A DNA stretch of 64,000 nt from Perkinsus chesapeaki ATCC PRA-425 (GCA_013115145.1 JAAPAO010000134.1:1-64000), one strand, 5' to 3'; numbered from the stretch's first letter, positions 1 to 15,031 are shown. The notes: a model not told the origin generated them from the sequence alone. Made by a program: numbers and translations.

Positions 1-1011
1 AACTCGAGACTGATTTTGGTCTGCGAGGTAAATATTTGGAAGATGTAAGCACTCGACAGCTCTGGTGAGCCTAATAGGGCATGGTGCCTTTCAGTTTTAT
101 CGATTCAGGTTACAGGATATTATTTCTCTGCACGCTGTCCAGGATAATGACCCCTTCTGCAGGACGAAGCTTTGTAATATTAAGAAGAAGTGCGCCTTCA
201 TTGCAAAGAGCAACGTATCGTCAGAGTAAGTTAGTGCCAACACCGTTCGAATTACTCATAACCGATCCTCGTAGCCAAGAGGTTATGAACGTGTTCGCCC
301 GCGTCGGTCAACCGCAGGAGGGACCAGAGGCACTACAAGACTACAAGCAATATATAGCTTCGTGAAGTTCACTTTGTTGAATGCCATAATCTATCTTTCC
401 CAGGCTGCGAGAGAAATCCATCATTCTTGGCAAAAGATTCACGGAATTCCAGACTTGCGCACAATGGGTTTCATTCCATTCATGCAACCCTGGAAGCAAA
501 TGCCCGTTTATCCAAGATTCGGCCATTTTAGAAATCAAGCAGAAGCTTTGTCAGGATGCATTCGGATTATCTGAAGCTAAGGTGCTTAGTGGAAGCCAAT
601 ATAGGTCAGAGATATTATATGTTTAGATAAAGCAGAGGATCGCGGAGAAGGAAAGAGATTTTGGTGGTAGGGGCCTCAAGAAGACTAATAATATCTTTGT
701 TATCCTGGGAGGGTTGGATCCTTGGAAGGCCGCAGGGGAAATTGTCTCATCTGAGTCCGGTCCTACTCAATACGAAGTCATGCTTCAGTTGTTCGAACAA
801 AAGCCCGCATTCTGATCTTCTTGTCAGGTTCCGCAAGCAAGTCATTGTTATTGGCTAAACGCTGGGGCCACGAGGCTTCCCGGAGTCAGGTAAGATCAGG
901 TACTCTCCCTCGATTTACGATTCTTATCTCAGAGAGATGCTGGATGAGACTCTTGAGATGGTTCAGTCATGGCTCAAGGCTGAGTATAACAACGTGTCCA
1001 TGTTACTTTAA
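1..1011 (+). CDS. Serine carboxypeptidase S28 family peptidase, 3' exons (5' part outside window)
   Basis: Spliced reading gives QTCAQWVSFHSC, FGGRGLKKTNNIFVILGGLDPWK and VPQASHCYWL (S28 GG.DPW and SHC catalytic-His motifs). Terminal exon is EMLDETLEMVQSWLKAEY, stop at 1009-1011. Confidence 0.8.
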
Positions 1012-1272
1012 TGAGATAAGCCCTGAAGGGATTTTCACGAGCAGCCATTAACACGTTTATTGACATCTTGTCTTGTCTATTCTGCCGAGCTATGGACCAG
1101 AGCTGAAGATATCAGATAGTTCAGAGATTAGATACTGCCGCCCGCTCAGTGTTTAGTTCTGATTCATCATTCATTTTTATCGTCTCGAAATCTTGGACTT
1201 GTGTTGCTATTGCACCGCAGGCGGACTAGGAACGCGAGACGAAGCGAACAAATGAATCGAACCAATACGATC

Positions 1273-4200
1273 TTAGCTTGTGTGTTTTGTGAGGGCCTTT
1301 TTCAACTTGCCTGTAAATTTGATTGCATGAAGATTAACGGTTTTTGGTTTCATTCTGTCTGATGCTGGCCACCAATTCTCAACACGTTCTTCTATCATCT
1401 TCAATACTTTATCCATTATCTCCATATGAGAAGGGTTATCAACCTGACCTTTACCAGTTCCAACTCGGTCAACAAAAGTTTGCTGAAGTGCCTTGAAGGT
1501 TCCGTCTCCTTCCGTTATAGACTCATCGCCCATCTTCAAGTTGTCGCTGCTGATGGCAGAGCTTGTCCATTGGAACACCTGATGTACACCGACTAACCTT
1601 GCGGCAACGATACCATGAAAGTTTGCAACCAGTTGCGACTGTCACAACTAAGGGTGAATCCAGCACAGTAGACATACACAGTTCAGTTCGTTCTCGCTAC
1701 TGGTTAAAATATTGCTATTCTATAACTACGGCATTGACAAAAAATGCCCGAAAATATTGGATTATAAATTCCTATAAGCGCTAGATAATACAGAATATAA
1801 AATAAATTGATAATATGATTAGGAAGGTGAAAATGTAGGAGACATACAAGCCGTCCAATTGATACCAAAGTGACTCTGCCAAGGCGGACAGAGGGCCAGC
1901 TGTAGACTGTCTCGCTGCCGCTTCCTTCAACTTGAACATCAACGTCAACGTCATACCTAAACTACGGTCATCAAATAGACACAGATTTCTGTTTGGGAGA
2001 CTTCGGAGAGGACACTGCATTTTGTGTGATAACATATCCCCGACTTTGTATCGCCTCACCGACCAAACCTCGTGTTTTCGATGTTATGATCGTCTGAATA
2101 GGAGCTCAGTCCAGCTATGTGCAGTAGAGACCTCACGCAGAAGGAAGATGGATCAGTAGGAGTGGTTGCTGACAGAGGCTTCTTCATATTAACCACTTGA
2201 ATGGCATCAAATTCACATATGGCAAGTGAGCACCTGAGAGAGATCCGAAGTGTGGTGTGGCTCTATCAAGGAGAGAACCTTCCAGCATGAAATAGCTGAC
2301 CCATACATAGCGACAATTGCTGCACAAGATCACGTAGTGTCTTACAGCTTTGGTGACTGAGAATCTGACACATCATTGATACAGTAGCTGTTACTGTATC
2401 TATGTACTTTGAATCCAGCCTCTAGCAAAATATCCTTCCTGATTCCTTTCATCCTGCCAACTTCATCAGCTAGACAGTGTTCCAGCACCTGTGTAAGTAG
2501 GACAAGTAAGACACCAAGTGACCGAGTCTTCTATTTGAGCAAAGTCGTGGCTAGTCTAAAGTTGAAGTGGAGCGACATGGACAAGAAAATCAGATCGAAA
2601 GTTCGGAGGAATAGGCTATTCTAGATCGCCCAAAACCCTAAGGCACTCCAGACTTTGAACAATAACAGATTGCGGTACGGGTATCCATGCCAATAGCTTC
2701 GAAATGAATCGGCTTCCTAAATCGGACACAGGGATGTGCCTTGGCCGATCCACTGAACGAAATCATCGGTAGAACTCATATGAGAAATCATCGAACTCGT
2801 ATGAGGTGAGTGCTGAAACTGGACGCAAAAAGTCCATCATCTCTACCAACCGGTTGCGATGTCCCCAGATCCTCTTGGTTATTGATGCATCAACATCGAC
2901 GTACTCGGAGTTGGTTAAGACTCTTAACTTTAAAAGAAATGGCTATATTTATACAAACGGCTCATCACTACAAATGATTCACTGATAGTGATTTACTATT
3001 TGGTGACCTTGCAACTTCACGAGCTTATTCTGCTTATCGCTCACTAGGCAGATATGTTGAAAGCTAGTTGACTCATCTAAGCTGAGCCCACGCAATGGAA
3101 GAGTCTCACCTGGACAGTGACGCCGCCTATTATCTGCAAAAGAAACTCATCGTGGCCATCAAATTTAGCAGGAGCTCCGCTGCTTGCACCTACTTTAACT
3201 CGATGATATATAAACTGACTCTAGAAAAGCTTAGTCCGACAATGCGACGTTCTAGGATCTTATCGGGACCCCTTAGGGAGCTTCACTGAAACCCTTTTAA
3301 GAGAATATTGAAACCGTTTCAGCTTTCTCTACTGTACGTAAAGTGCGCTGCAGAAATACAAGTTGAGGAAAAACAATCTAGGGATGTCCCGCAATATAAG
3401 CGCCATATAGAGGTAATCATCAGCGTGATTAACATGTAACAATATGTAGAACCAACGGAGGTCTCTTAAACACAAGTAGTTTTCACCGAAGCAATTATGG
3501 TATTGGGGACAACTCACTTCCGACGCCCGTGATAAGACTGTGGGAGGGAGATAGCTTGTTGATTACTTGAAGAACCTAACCAAGGCATAACGCCGTGAGA
3601 AAGGCTCGCTAATTCACGTACAGCAAGACACTTAGGTCCTCTCATGATAGGCATACAAAGAACGCTTCTCGTGCGATACCCAGTCGCTTTATCAACACTC
3701 GAGTTAAAACGAGGATCATTATATCTAAGAATCAAGATACTCCACGGCGAACAGCAACTCAGCAGTCTCACGCATCAACTATGTTAATCGGTGATCTACT
3801 TGTATATGCCGCCCCAACAAGGCCACCAGAGAGAGGTATCTGAACAAAGGAAAATATTGACAAGTTTTCCATATCTTCATAGTTGGTAGTTTGCAATCAA
3901 AATGATTTAGCGGAATCCTAGAACGGTGGGAATAGCTATCCAAGAAGTAGGTATAGATACAATGGAGGGAAGCTTACCCGTAGTGCCGTTGGTTTACTAG
4001 TGTCACCTTCTTCAGTATTATCTGAACTGTGTGGTGCATTACCAGTATCTGAAGTAGTTAGTAAAATGAATAATACTATTTCGCTACGCTTCGTCCAAGC
4101 AGTCTGCCTTCTCTCGTCTATCACCCATATAGCTACACGATCGCAGTTGATGTATCTGGACAAAGCCCTGAGTGATCGGACGTGATCTGGAGGATCCCTA

Positions 4201-6400
4201 CTTGACGCATAGTGAGGAAATTGCCGCAAGTGCCTCGCTTGAATCCCTTATGCGAGAAATCTCATCAATGTGCTCGAGCAGATCTCTCAGTGCATTGGAT
4301 CGTTGATAGAAGAGAGAGAACTCCCTGAAGAGAAGGTTTATTTCCGCAGATTCATAGTGGCCAATGGTAACGCTGCGGTGGTAGAGCTCACAACCATGGT
4401 GCGCCTGTCGATTCTGTTTCTGTTTCTGGAGCTAGGCTAAAGTAATAATCTTCTTATCGCTCGATGTATAGTTGAGATTTTACCACCCTAATCCCGAGTA
4501 TTGATTTAATACGTGGATCATACGATAGATAATCCTCCTCCAGTTGCTGCTAAGGTTTGTCACTTGTTAAATGTTGAAGATGGCTCTTGGTTGCCCTTCC
4601 TCACTGCTTCCGAGAAGTATTGCTAAGTGTTGTATTGATTTAGAATGCTTAGAAGAATCATGAAGCTCGAGGAGCTGCTTGCTTTTGATCTCATCCAGTC
4701 ACACTAGGGACGGTTACTGATCACCGACGAGGTGTTCTTGTAGCTTACGGCTACGCATCAATAATACTTCTATGTTTCTTTATACCACTTTAGTTTCTTA
4801 AATCTCCGAGGAGCAAAGTCCGGACAAATATTTTATCAAACCTCAGCTAAGTGTCAACAAATGAACTCACTTGTCTCTATATACATTTCTAACCGAAAAT
4901 ACAGAAGTTGTTAGCCTACCGGCAAAGCACGTCGATGCAGGTTATTCGATCTTCGTCATTGAGAATGGCCTCCTCTAAAAACACATTCGGAAAGTATCCA
5001 TGTGTCGCGACAATGTAACTGTTCATGACCAACATCAATAATCAGGAAACGCTCCGCTTTTCGTACGTTAGAAAATCTATGACGAACTCTGGAGCGTTCT
5101 GCACGCACAAGGGCGTCTGAAGCAAATGCTCGAAAAATAAAGCGCTATGAGCTCATACGTAAGTATCGAAACAGTAGTTGTTTCTCTTCACCGATATTCC
5201 ACCGGTATCATTTGTAGTAGTTTCTAAGGAGCCTTCTCGCACGCTGAAATCATATTATCGACCGGAGGATAAGAGAGCAAGCGTACGCTTTGGCGGCTTT
5301 CATTCGAGCGTTGAACAGCTTGCGCTGTTTTTCAGAAAATCTTAACTTCCGACTTTGTTCATGCAGCCTTCCTAAAGCTCACTATTAGCTACTATGCGAA
5401 ACGGCTGGGCGTACGCGTCAGCAACTTCACTTGTTTAACGAGATGCTTGTTCCGTGCGGCCAAATCTGACCCTGTTCTCGATGATTCTCTCCCCATGCTA
5501 GGAAGTGTCGATTCTCGCGATGTTGACATCTCCCTCTCCAGCAACATCTCATTGGCACTTATAATCTTTCCGGATTCTCTCATCGACCTCAGCAAGCCTA
5601 GTGAGAACAGTTAGTCAAAACAAGTCAAGATGGAGCTCGAATTTCAGCAAAAATTATGAGCTCACGGCAGAAGCTAGCGGCATGCTGAAATCTTGGCGAA
5701 GCGAGCGCAGCACGATTTTGGAGTTAAAAGTTTCAATACATCGCACTTGAAAGATCGAGATGGACTCCCGATCCAACTTATCGGGTCGGAGTTCATGTCC
5801 TACTTCCGGCGTCGACAAGATGCACTTAGCACACTTCCTTTAAACGCTCTCCTACGTTCGAGATCCTGCAACTTGCTTCTGGTGTGTAATAACTGTTGCG
5901 CCTTATCAGATAGCTCGTGTTTCATCTGATCATTCCATGAATCTTTAATGGTTAAAGCAGTATCACTGCAAGGCTTTCTTGTCTAAGCGAGTAGAGTTCA
6001 GCTTCTAGTCGATTCACCTCTCTCTCCAGCCTCGACGAAACTGCGCTATGTCTGCTAACTTCCGATCAGTACGATCTTACTAGACTCGTTTTTGGATAGT
6101 TTGACAGCGGTATTATGCAGCGCTCGTGTTGTCCTAACAAGAGCTTTCTCTTGATCCTGCTGTTCCGTCACTCGTGCCTGATTTCACCGTTTTACTTCTA
6201 CTGGCTATTGGTAAGCTACTCCAAGGTCCAAGAGAACCTTCCTGAGCTCGCTTATTGTATTGAATGTAAGCCCGGGTACTTCAGTTGCTTTGTCGCATAA
6301 TAAATCGAGGGAAGATGTGATCTGTTCTAACACCGGTACACTGTAGCAGCAGGGGAGGAATCAACTTACTTCCGACTCGAGAACTTTTCTATATTCATCG
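1273..6400 (-). CDS. Multi-exon protein with N-terminal coiled coil and a PDE/cyclase-type GAF domain
   Basis: Exons encode [31 protein letters not shown]|[26 protein letters not shown] and VLQVINK, which are classic GAF motifs. Last exon is the ORF 1273-1578. The 5' end is approximate. Confidence 0.7.
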
Positions 6401-7205
6401 CATCGGTTGTGAAGTTTCGATACCAGATTCTGAGCATCAAAAAGTGTTGGTTGCATTTGAGTGCATTCAATAATGCAAATGGTGGATTGTTTACCAAGAT
6501 CAATGATAAATTAGACGTAGGTATATAGATTATAGAGCATATTACGGGCGATAAGTTCGTGAGATTAAGTGCCCAAAAAGGAAACAGTGAACTATTGACC
6601 CTTTTCGATACTTTCACTGAGATTCAGACTCGACGTAAATTTCTGTCTTTTGAGAAAATTCAAAAGATGTAAATTTTCGTGTATTGCGCGCACAAGTTGC
6701 GCGCTTACATCTACCGTACCACCGTGAATTTACTAGTCAAACTGCTCAGATAATGTAGTCTAAGAACAGAATTAGTAAACACATAAAATAGCACTATTTT
6801 AGGACTTAGAAAAATAGCTTATTCATTTCTTATTTCAGTTTATTTATTTAGTAGTTTATTTCAGAAGTTTATTTTAATAAAATAGTATATATTGTATCAT
6901 ATTATTGGTAACAGAGCGTTGGACTAATGCCATTAGTAATGCATGATAGTATATTACTATTATTATAATATATGATAAAACTGATGAGGACCAAGAATGC
7001 TAATCATAATGGTAACGATAACCTTATCAATAAAAATGAGGACATGGCAGGGAGTTGCTGAGGGACTAACGATAAACAGACTACTAGGTGTAGATTAGAA
7101 CTAGAGCGAAGAGTACGGTAGATGGTATGTTCGATGGGCATTGTTCGCTTATAGAGCAAATAGCAAGAAAATATCTCAACAGTGAGGGAAATATGCAATA
7201 GATCA

Positions 7206-7876
7206 ATAATGGCCCACCTCATAAAAATAGGAGTCGGGTACCGCAGCAGTATCATCCTGAGCTATGGTAATAGAAGTGCCATCGAGCGACATGGACTTAA
7301 ACCTGAAGGAAGAAAATACACACATGAGAAGGAACGATCCGGGTTCGGGGTTTTAAAGGTTCGTCAAGCTGTCATCGGGCTCCCTAAAACTAATATATAA
7401 ATCTGAATTAGATTTATCTAATGAGATAGAAAGAATGCCGCTCTGCAACGAGGTACGTGGACATCCGATGCGATAATAGAAGGTATATAAGACAACTCTG
7501 CACAGGCGAGTGATTCAAGCAATAGCGAACAATAGCCCCAGCCAGTGTATTCTAATATAGCAACATCGCACGACCACCACACCACTTACCTCCCCTCAAC
7601 ATCTTTAATAATTTTCTTAAGTCTTCCACGCAGCTCTTTATTGTCCCATCTCAGACCCTGTACCGCCCTTATCAAGTTGCGACGGTCCTCCTCGGTTTTC
7701 TTATCTTCTGCCACTGAACTGTGCAACTGGCACCGGTCGCGTTATGCAAATACATTATTATCGAGCACCTCAAGCGATGACACATCATGGACACTTCTCG
7801 AAGAAGGTTCTGAAGGGAACCTAGCTTCTCGTCCTGATGCCAAGGTCCCTTTAGGCTCCTCCTTGGTCCTGTCCAT
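7206..7876 (-). CDS. Hypothetical small coiled-coil protein
   Basis: ATG at 7876 (MDRTKEEPKG...) and an exon reading EEDRRNLIRAVQGLRWDNKELRGRLKKIIKDVEG followed by GT. The 3' end is uncertain. Confidence 0.3.
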
Positions 7877-8407
7877 TATCAAGAACAATCGTTACCGTGA
7901 GAATTCCCACTGAAGAGAGTTAATGCTCAAGGTGTGACAGAGAGAACCCCTCTTAAAGCAAGAACAAAATGCCGCTACCCGCCAGATCTTAATCAGTAAG
8001 CCGCAAACTGGTGAAACTAGCAATGGAGTAATGTGTTGTTCGAGTTGTATAAGGAGTCTAATAGCCACTACTGGGGTGCTACTAGTATATATAACTCTGT
8101 ATTAGAGAGCTCCTATTCACATTGTCAGTGACGAAAACTATCACAGGGACACTGTCCGGGTAATGGGAGAATGATGAGAACTCGAGAGCCGGTATCCTCT
8201 GACTTTCTGACAAGCTGAAGAGAGCTGGGAAGGGGACTGAAACGGGATTGAATGCACTTGAGCTCCCAGTGTCTCATTGTCCAAACTACGGCTATGGCCT
8301 GTTAAAGATTCTGTCATGGGAAATTCCTAATCGGAAGGTTAATTTACTGCACAATACAAGAATTGAAGAAGTCATAGCAATAGTACACGAAAAATACAAC
8401 AAAGCAG

Positions 8408-11400
8408 TTATTCGCTATCTTCTTCACTCTTCACATTCGTGCCACCAAATTCTCGATCAAAGGACTGCTTCGCTTGCCTCAGCAAATGCTCAAACAGGCC
8501 GCTCGGAACAGGAGCCACGTTCGAGCCGTCGAAAGGCTCCGACCTCGGGGTCAATAGACCAGCCATCGAGGCACTCCGGTTCAATCCAGAGGGACCGCAT
8601 TTTCCTGCATGCCAGTCCGACGCCACCGTGTACAATGTGAAAGGTACAGTAGCGATTGCAGGGCCGAGAATTACACCGCGCGCCCCGAACCAGCTGACGC
8701 CAAGGCCAACGGCTACCGCCGACATCCAGGGGTTGGCGTCGGGAATCTCAGAGTAGATAGCGGGACCGACATACCACCAGACAAGGAAATTGAGTATTGC
8801 TGCTACGGTGCCACAGGCTTGGGCCAGGCCTCGGTCGTAGGCTAGGAATATATAAGGTACTATAAAGAATGATACAAGACATGGGGATACCTGAGGAAGA
8901 GGAACCAGTTATGGACATACAAGCAAGAGCTTCAAATTCCGGTCGATGCCTTCTGTCAATAAACCAGTTCAAGGGCGCACAAACAATGCTAGGAGGCCGT
9001 AGTCGCTCGAGGCAATTTTTAGGGTGGACTTCAACACCTCCGCCCCGAAGATTCGAGGAGACAGCTTCATGAACTCCACCGAAGAAGGCTGGTAGATATT
9101 CCACATGTTTGAGATTGAAAGCTGTCGGAGGTGCTTACCACTGGTAGAAGGCCTATGATGAACGCTATACAAGCTGGTATATAGGCAACTGGGCAATCGA
9201 ATATCTGAAGAAGGAGGCAAATACTGCACGACAGGGACTAAAACCAAAACACACGCAACCTCTAGATCGAATAATCATCTCATCTAAGTTGACCACAGTC
9301 TCAACTGGCTCCCAATTTGGAGTACTGACATCACAGATAGAGGCATTTCAAAATGTAACTACACACCAGCTGGAATTACTAATAGCCCAAGACTACGCCA
9401 GAGACATAGTATGATAATGATACTACATTCGAACAGAGGGAATACCAGGCACGTTGCGAAATGAGCCAATCTAAGCTGATTACCGTGTTGAGTGGTTGTC
9501 AATACAAGATACAGACATTGCTATGATAATAACAATGTGTGTTACCCAATTTGTCTACCCGTGGTCATCGTGTTCGAGGCCGGGTAGAGTAAAGAGGAAA
9601 ATTGACAGCATGGGAGCTCCTTGCATTTCCTCCGGGCTCAACATTGAACGGTTCCTGGTCTAAGTCGATCCCCAGACTTACCGAGAAGACCAACCATGTG
9701 TAAATGCCATGAAATATAGCCATTTTAATTGCACTGTAAAGTATTGCCTTCAAAGCTCTACGAAGAATGTTATATAGATAGAACGACGGGTCTATCACTT
9801 GGAGCACCTGCAGAAGGATAAATGATATAGTCACAGATACTGGCAATGACGATCTGTACATATATTAAAGGACTATATCCAGTAATTAATATGTTTGTTT
9901 TATATATATAAACCCCCTCACAAAATGATATGACCTCTACACTTTTGAGCATAAAATACTAACGACAAAGAGTTAGGACTTGATATTTTGCGAGAACAAC
10001 TTTTTTAGTGAAAAACTATCGTAAAAATCTTTACGATACTGGTACAAACTGTCATGTGACAGCTGACAATCTCGCTCGCCCGGAATCAAAAACTGAAACT
10101 GTCACAATCTGCATGTGCATATATATTTGTATATATGGCACAGTGAAATACATTTCAAGGGACGAGTGGCTTCTGCTGCATCTACCTCCCGGACACCAGC
10201 TGTGAAGTCTGTCTACCAAATTCCTGTAAAATTGAGAAAGAGAGTTAAGACGTTATTTGAATTAATGACGCTATTGACGCTATTTTCAACTAACAGATTT
10301 ACGACGTAAATTCTACGTTTTATGTTTCGGTACTGCTACAGAGGTTTTTGCAGCAAAGCTGAGACCTCAAGAACCGAAGTTGGGCTAGCAAACTTCCATT
10401 TTCCTCATATTTCAACAACTTACTGTAGCCATGTAATCGTGCAGTCCACCTTGTTCGGATTGCAGGAGGTAATATAAAGCAGTGACGGCGAAGAAGAAGT
10501 GGAATAGGCTATCCACCAATGTACCAATAATACCGCTAACGACGCTCAATGAGAACTGTATACCAGCCTGCACAGGAACGAATACGCTCATCACAAACAA
10601 GGCGTTGAATGAATTCAGTGAATTGATGTCCTTTCCCTTGTCGAAGTTTCGTAAAGAAAAACGATACAAGATATATATGCAGCACTGTTTGCGTATCAGG
10701 CTGAGACTAATAAGTCTATAGGATACCGATATACGTCAGTGCCCTGATGCTCTGAGTTGCTTGGCAACCGTAGGCCCAACGCATAAACGATTCAGCGAGG
10801 CCCTAGTTCCACATTCCTTGCCGAGAAAAACGTCAGAAGTGACCTCCGATAGAGGCCCCTACGCTACAGGTGACGATCTTGTGAGATTAAGTGTTCGAAA
10901 AAGAGCAACAGAGTTAGATATCGACCCTCTTCGATGGGGCAGCTGTCAAAATGTCCACTTCGCCGAGTGTTCCCCGATCACCGACTCACCAGAGATGCAT
11001 GCCCAGAGGCCGTCAGAACATCCATAAGAAGTCCTCCAATGATCGCCGCCGCACCACTTGCAGTATGATTGCCAGACGTATCATTCACAGCGTGATCGAC
11101 AGATTCACCACTGTCATAATACTGCTTAACCTGATCACCAAAGCTCCCTGGGGTGCTGTTTCGGCCAATACTGCCTACTTCCTTATATGCAGATAGCAAC
11201 AACGATGGTGACGTAGCCAAAGTCTTCAGATTCCAGTTTTGAAGAAGTCTAGCGACCTCTGTAGTGTTGCCAAAAGCCGCGCCAGAGTAGCCGCTCTTCC
11301 CGATAGAGTAGCCATCATTGAATATATCTTCAACGCCTCGAGCATATGAGCAAGCCGGGAATGTGCCAGCACATTGAAGAAATATACCGTCACCAGTAGG

Positions 11401-14400
11401 AACCATATCCTGCACCGTTGCGTTACTGCTGCTGTTACTACCGGAAATAACCTGAAAAAGCTCGGAAAAGCAGCAGCTGAATTTGATCTTGAAAGAATAG
11501 TATAATTGATAAGATATTGAATTGATTATGATATATATAGTTAATAATCCTCGTCAAATTCAATACTCCTGGATTTACACAATTCCTTCCTTCAAAAGAA
11601 ATGAAGACCCAAGAGGACTATATCCCTGCAAGATTCGATCATCCATGGCGAAGGTAAGCAGGTTTCTTACACAATCTCAAATCTTTTCCCTTTTTTCACG
11701 TTTCCTCTTTCTACAAGAACTAGCACCGAAGGAGAGCCTTTCGCATACAAGACAGCTTCGCGGTATTCTCGCTCCTAGAGGCCATACAAATATCTCACCA
11801 TTTCGATGTAGTTGTATAAGTCCTTCGTCTTGGTCGTCACCGCATCCGTCTCGATGAAGTGTGACACTGCATCACTCGCGGCAGAATAAGCCAGTTCAGC
11901 GTACTGCTTATAGGGGTGGAGAGCCTTCATTTCAAGCAAACTTCGCGCGCCACGAAATAGGCTCGCCAGAGCGTCCCAAATATAGGCGAACTCCAGGGAG
12001 ATGTTGTAGCCTATATAAGCCGCCAGGACCGTACCAAGCACCGAGAAGGTTATCATAACACTTGTAGTCGAGATAAAATCCGCATTCGACTTGATGAAAT
12101 TATTGCACACTTTGCCACCCCAGGAGAATACTTTCATCAGTCCATCATATGAAACCGTAAAAAGCTTCTGGCTGATACGGCCAAGTGGAGACTGCCCGGA
12201 AGCCTCCTCATTTGAGGTGTCATCAATGCTGTCTGGCTCGGACGAGGGGCATTCAGATTCACTGGGGATATCATCCACTCCTATCTAAGAAGGTTCGAAT
12301 GTATTACTAGGGACGACTCAGACAAGTTAGAGGGCGAGCATGCGGCCAAGACAGTTTCGATGCATGCTCCTCCTTATTTCTCGTCAAACCGCATCCGAAG
12401 TGTCATCGACAAATATGTAAATACATGAATTATCGCAATTTTCGACGGTTTCACATGATTCACCCAACGAGAGAGATACGCATGGCTGCCATGATCATTG
12501 GGATCAAAAAAGGTTAAAGACCGTCACATTGAAGGAGTCTCAGAAGATGGCAGACCATATAATTCTGTAAGGTGGGGCTCATTTGATATTCAACGGGGAG
12601 ATTGTCGTATTAATAATATTTTAATTTAATATAGGCTCAGCCTTTTACGACTGACTGAGCCTGCAGCGATACTCCTATAGTGGCTTCTGTCTGCCTGGTG
12701 AAAGGCGAAGTGCTGCTGCCCGAGGAAAACAAACTAATTTAGTATTACTATACTAATGCTATATGATTCTTACTTAATATATTTACTAATAATATATTAC
12801 TATTATAATTATGATTCATACCAACATTAGTATATACTTATCACGCCGATTGAGTTCCCTAGTGGCATATTGTAAAACGAATAAAGAAGGATCTTGATAA
12901 CGAACCTATCGAAGTCTAGTCCAGAAAAAATCATATTTACGCTTTGTTCATTTTTGGCGCCACCATCAACAAATCTGTGACAAGAGGAATAACATCTCAG
13001 CAGGCCACCGCCATGCACCTCTGACCGAACCGCTCACCCGCTACCGTTCAGTTCCAAACTGATCGCTAATCGAACTCTTCAATATATTTCAACACACTTA
13101 ATCGTTTACAACTATTATCGCCACTAGATGATATGTATGGTCGACACTTATTTCAAAACACCCTGTATTTAGTTCCTCACTTCATCGTCCCGTTGCTGCT
13201 GGCCACCCTCTGTTCCCTCCTCCTCAATCTTGACTTCACTAACCCGCCTCGACCGACTCCTCCTTCCCGAGCTCATCACAGAACTAATCCGCTTCCTCTT
13301 GCTGTTGTTGCTGTGCAAATACAGGAAAACTTTCCCAAGGCCACAAAGCCACCGGACCACCAACGACGATGATACAGCCACAACAGTGTACCACAATATA
13401 GAGTTGTAAGCTGCGGGAAAGGCCCAAGCGAACTTCCAAAAATACAGATACAATAATAAAACGCGCCACAGGATTCGGAAGTAAAGACTGCTGCCACCAT
13501 CATCCCTAGGCAGTAAAATATACACTGCGAAGTGGTACGAAAGCTTCACCACTTGCTTGGCTTGTCGGAGAGACATCTTCAAGATGGCTTCAAATGGGCT
13601 TAGTGGCAGATTCAGCGGCTTCGAGGCGTCGATGCGGTCCACGTTGCCCTAATAAGCAGCACATATCAGTACCAAATTTTACTACTCAAATGAGCCGAGC
13701 TGAGGGAGATTAGTACGCGTGTTGAATCGTATATTTCATTATTGTAAATAATCATTACAAATATACAATATTATTATATTGTACTTTATTGCATATCTAT
13801 AAAATTGTAAAACAGAATAGTTAAAGTAACAGACATCTTTCTGGCGCTATCAGCAGCCTCTTCTACTAGACAGTGGAAACTTGCTATCATCTCGCAAGTA
13901 GGACTGATACAGCCCTACTAGCACAACTCTATTATTTCGTGGCGCACCCTCAGGCTCATTTGGGCCCATCTTCGATGATCAAACTCGGGTGAAATATCTC
14001 GTGAAGTTACGATCAATTTCTGTGTATAATATATACAGGTTATTAATTATTCTTCGACGTGAAGATAGAAGAAGCCTTTGAAAAGGCCGACTCAAGCTGG
14101 TTTACTGTGGTTGACATTCCAACATTCCAATCAACTTGCAGGAGCAACTTACTTCTTCAGTCTTCTCATCACCATCTTGAACGCTGCTGTCCCTCGCTTC
14201 ATTCCTGTCACTAACCAGCGCCTTTCTCGGGGACTTCCCGTGGTCGCTCGAGTGTATATTGAATATACTCAGTAGAAGGGCCTTAACGAGCTGCTTGGGA
14301 GGGAACAGCAGCAAGTAAGCCACAATGACCCAGAAGAGTGTTTGCAAAAATGGATACAGCAGGACGTAGTTGAGTCCCAAGAGCGCTGTAACACCGATAC

Positions 14401-14590
14401 AGAGCAGCACGACCAGGTAAGCTCTCACCCACATAGATGGCTGGGCACTGGCTTTATTAGATTCATACATGATTCGAGTTAAATGGCGCTCAAGTCGCGC
14501 TTCGTGGTCATAAAGAGCCTCGGTGAAGGCGTGGACCAAACGAGCATCATCGTCATTATCAGGATCTTTGGTAGGTTGATTGGATGACAT
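8408..14590 (-). CDS. TMEM245 / AI-2E-family multi-pass membrane protein (multi-exon)
   Basis: Hydrophobic exons at 14102-14590, 13169-13642, 11775-12278, 10978-11415, 10412-10669 and 9565-9861. The C-terminal IYSEIPDANPWMSAVAVGLGVSWFGARGVILGP matches the AI-2E/TMEM245 end. Confidence 0.72.
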
Positions 14591-14737
14591 ATAAAAATCA
14601 TCAGACTACTAAGGTGGCGAATCTGTCTGCACTAATAATAATAAGCAAGATACCGAGATCTTTTCATTCTTTGTCGGTTTGTTGTTTGATGAGTTATACT
14701 ACAAATAGTTAGTGTTGGACTAACAGATATACATATA

Positions 14738-15031
14738 TTAAAATCCTGACTGTGACTCGTGATCCGCGCTCTCCTTAACAATGGTAGAGGAAGCTCGAAG
14801 CAGCATCACGGAACTGCCTAACAACGAGGACGATTTGATACGACCTGGTAAGATCAAACTGGCGAGATCGTCCTTCGCATTGTGGTTTCCCGTCCTCCAT
14901 TCATATTTAATAAATACCAATTCCTGGATTGATCCCTGAGCTGAGTCGGACGTGAGCACCAAGGCTAGTTTCCAATCTACGCCGACGTACTCATAATTTT
15001 GACGAAATATGCTTCCAAAACACTTCTTCAT
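14738..15031 (-). CDS. COMM-domain (COMMD-like) protein, C-terminal exon; upstream exons probably up to about 15500
   Basis: YVGVDWKLALVLTSDS resembles the COMM-domain (D/V)WR/K...SS signature. Confidence 0.5.
   Translation of the reverse strand: MKKCFGSIFRQNYEYVGVDWKLALVLTSDSAQGSIQELVFIKYEWRTGNHNAKDDLASLILPGRIKSSSLLGSSVMLLRASSTIVKESADHESQSGF

Noticed and set aside
661-1051. Possible tyrosine-recombinase or DIRS fragment suggested by the broken ORFs
   Set aside because: A spliced reading gives coherent S28 peptidase motifs instead.
8439-9072. Several overlapping plus-strand ORFs
   Set aside because: Antisense to TMEM245-like exons, with no independent motifs.
2978-12752. Weak 7/8rc/7-like matches (2978, 12731) and a 7-bp variant at 6924
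   Set aside because: AT-rich with 1-3 mismatches; not distinguishable from background without computation, so not counted.
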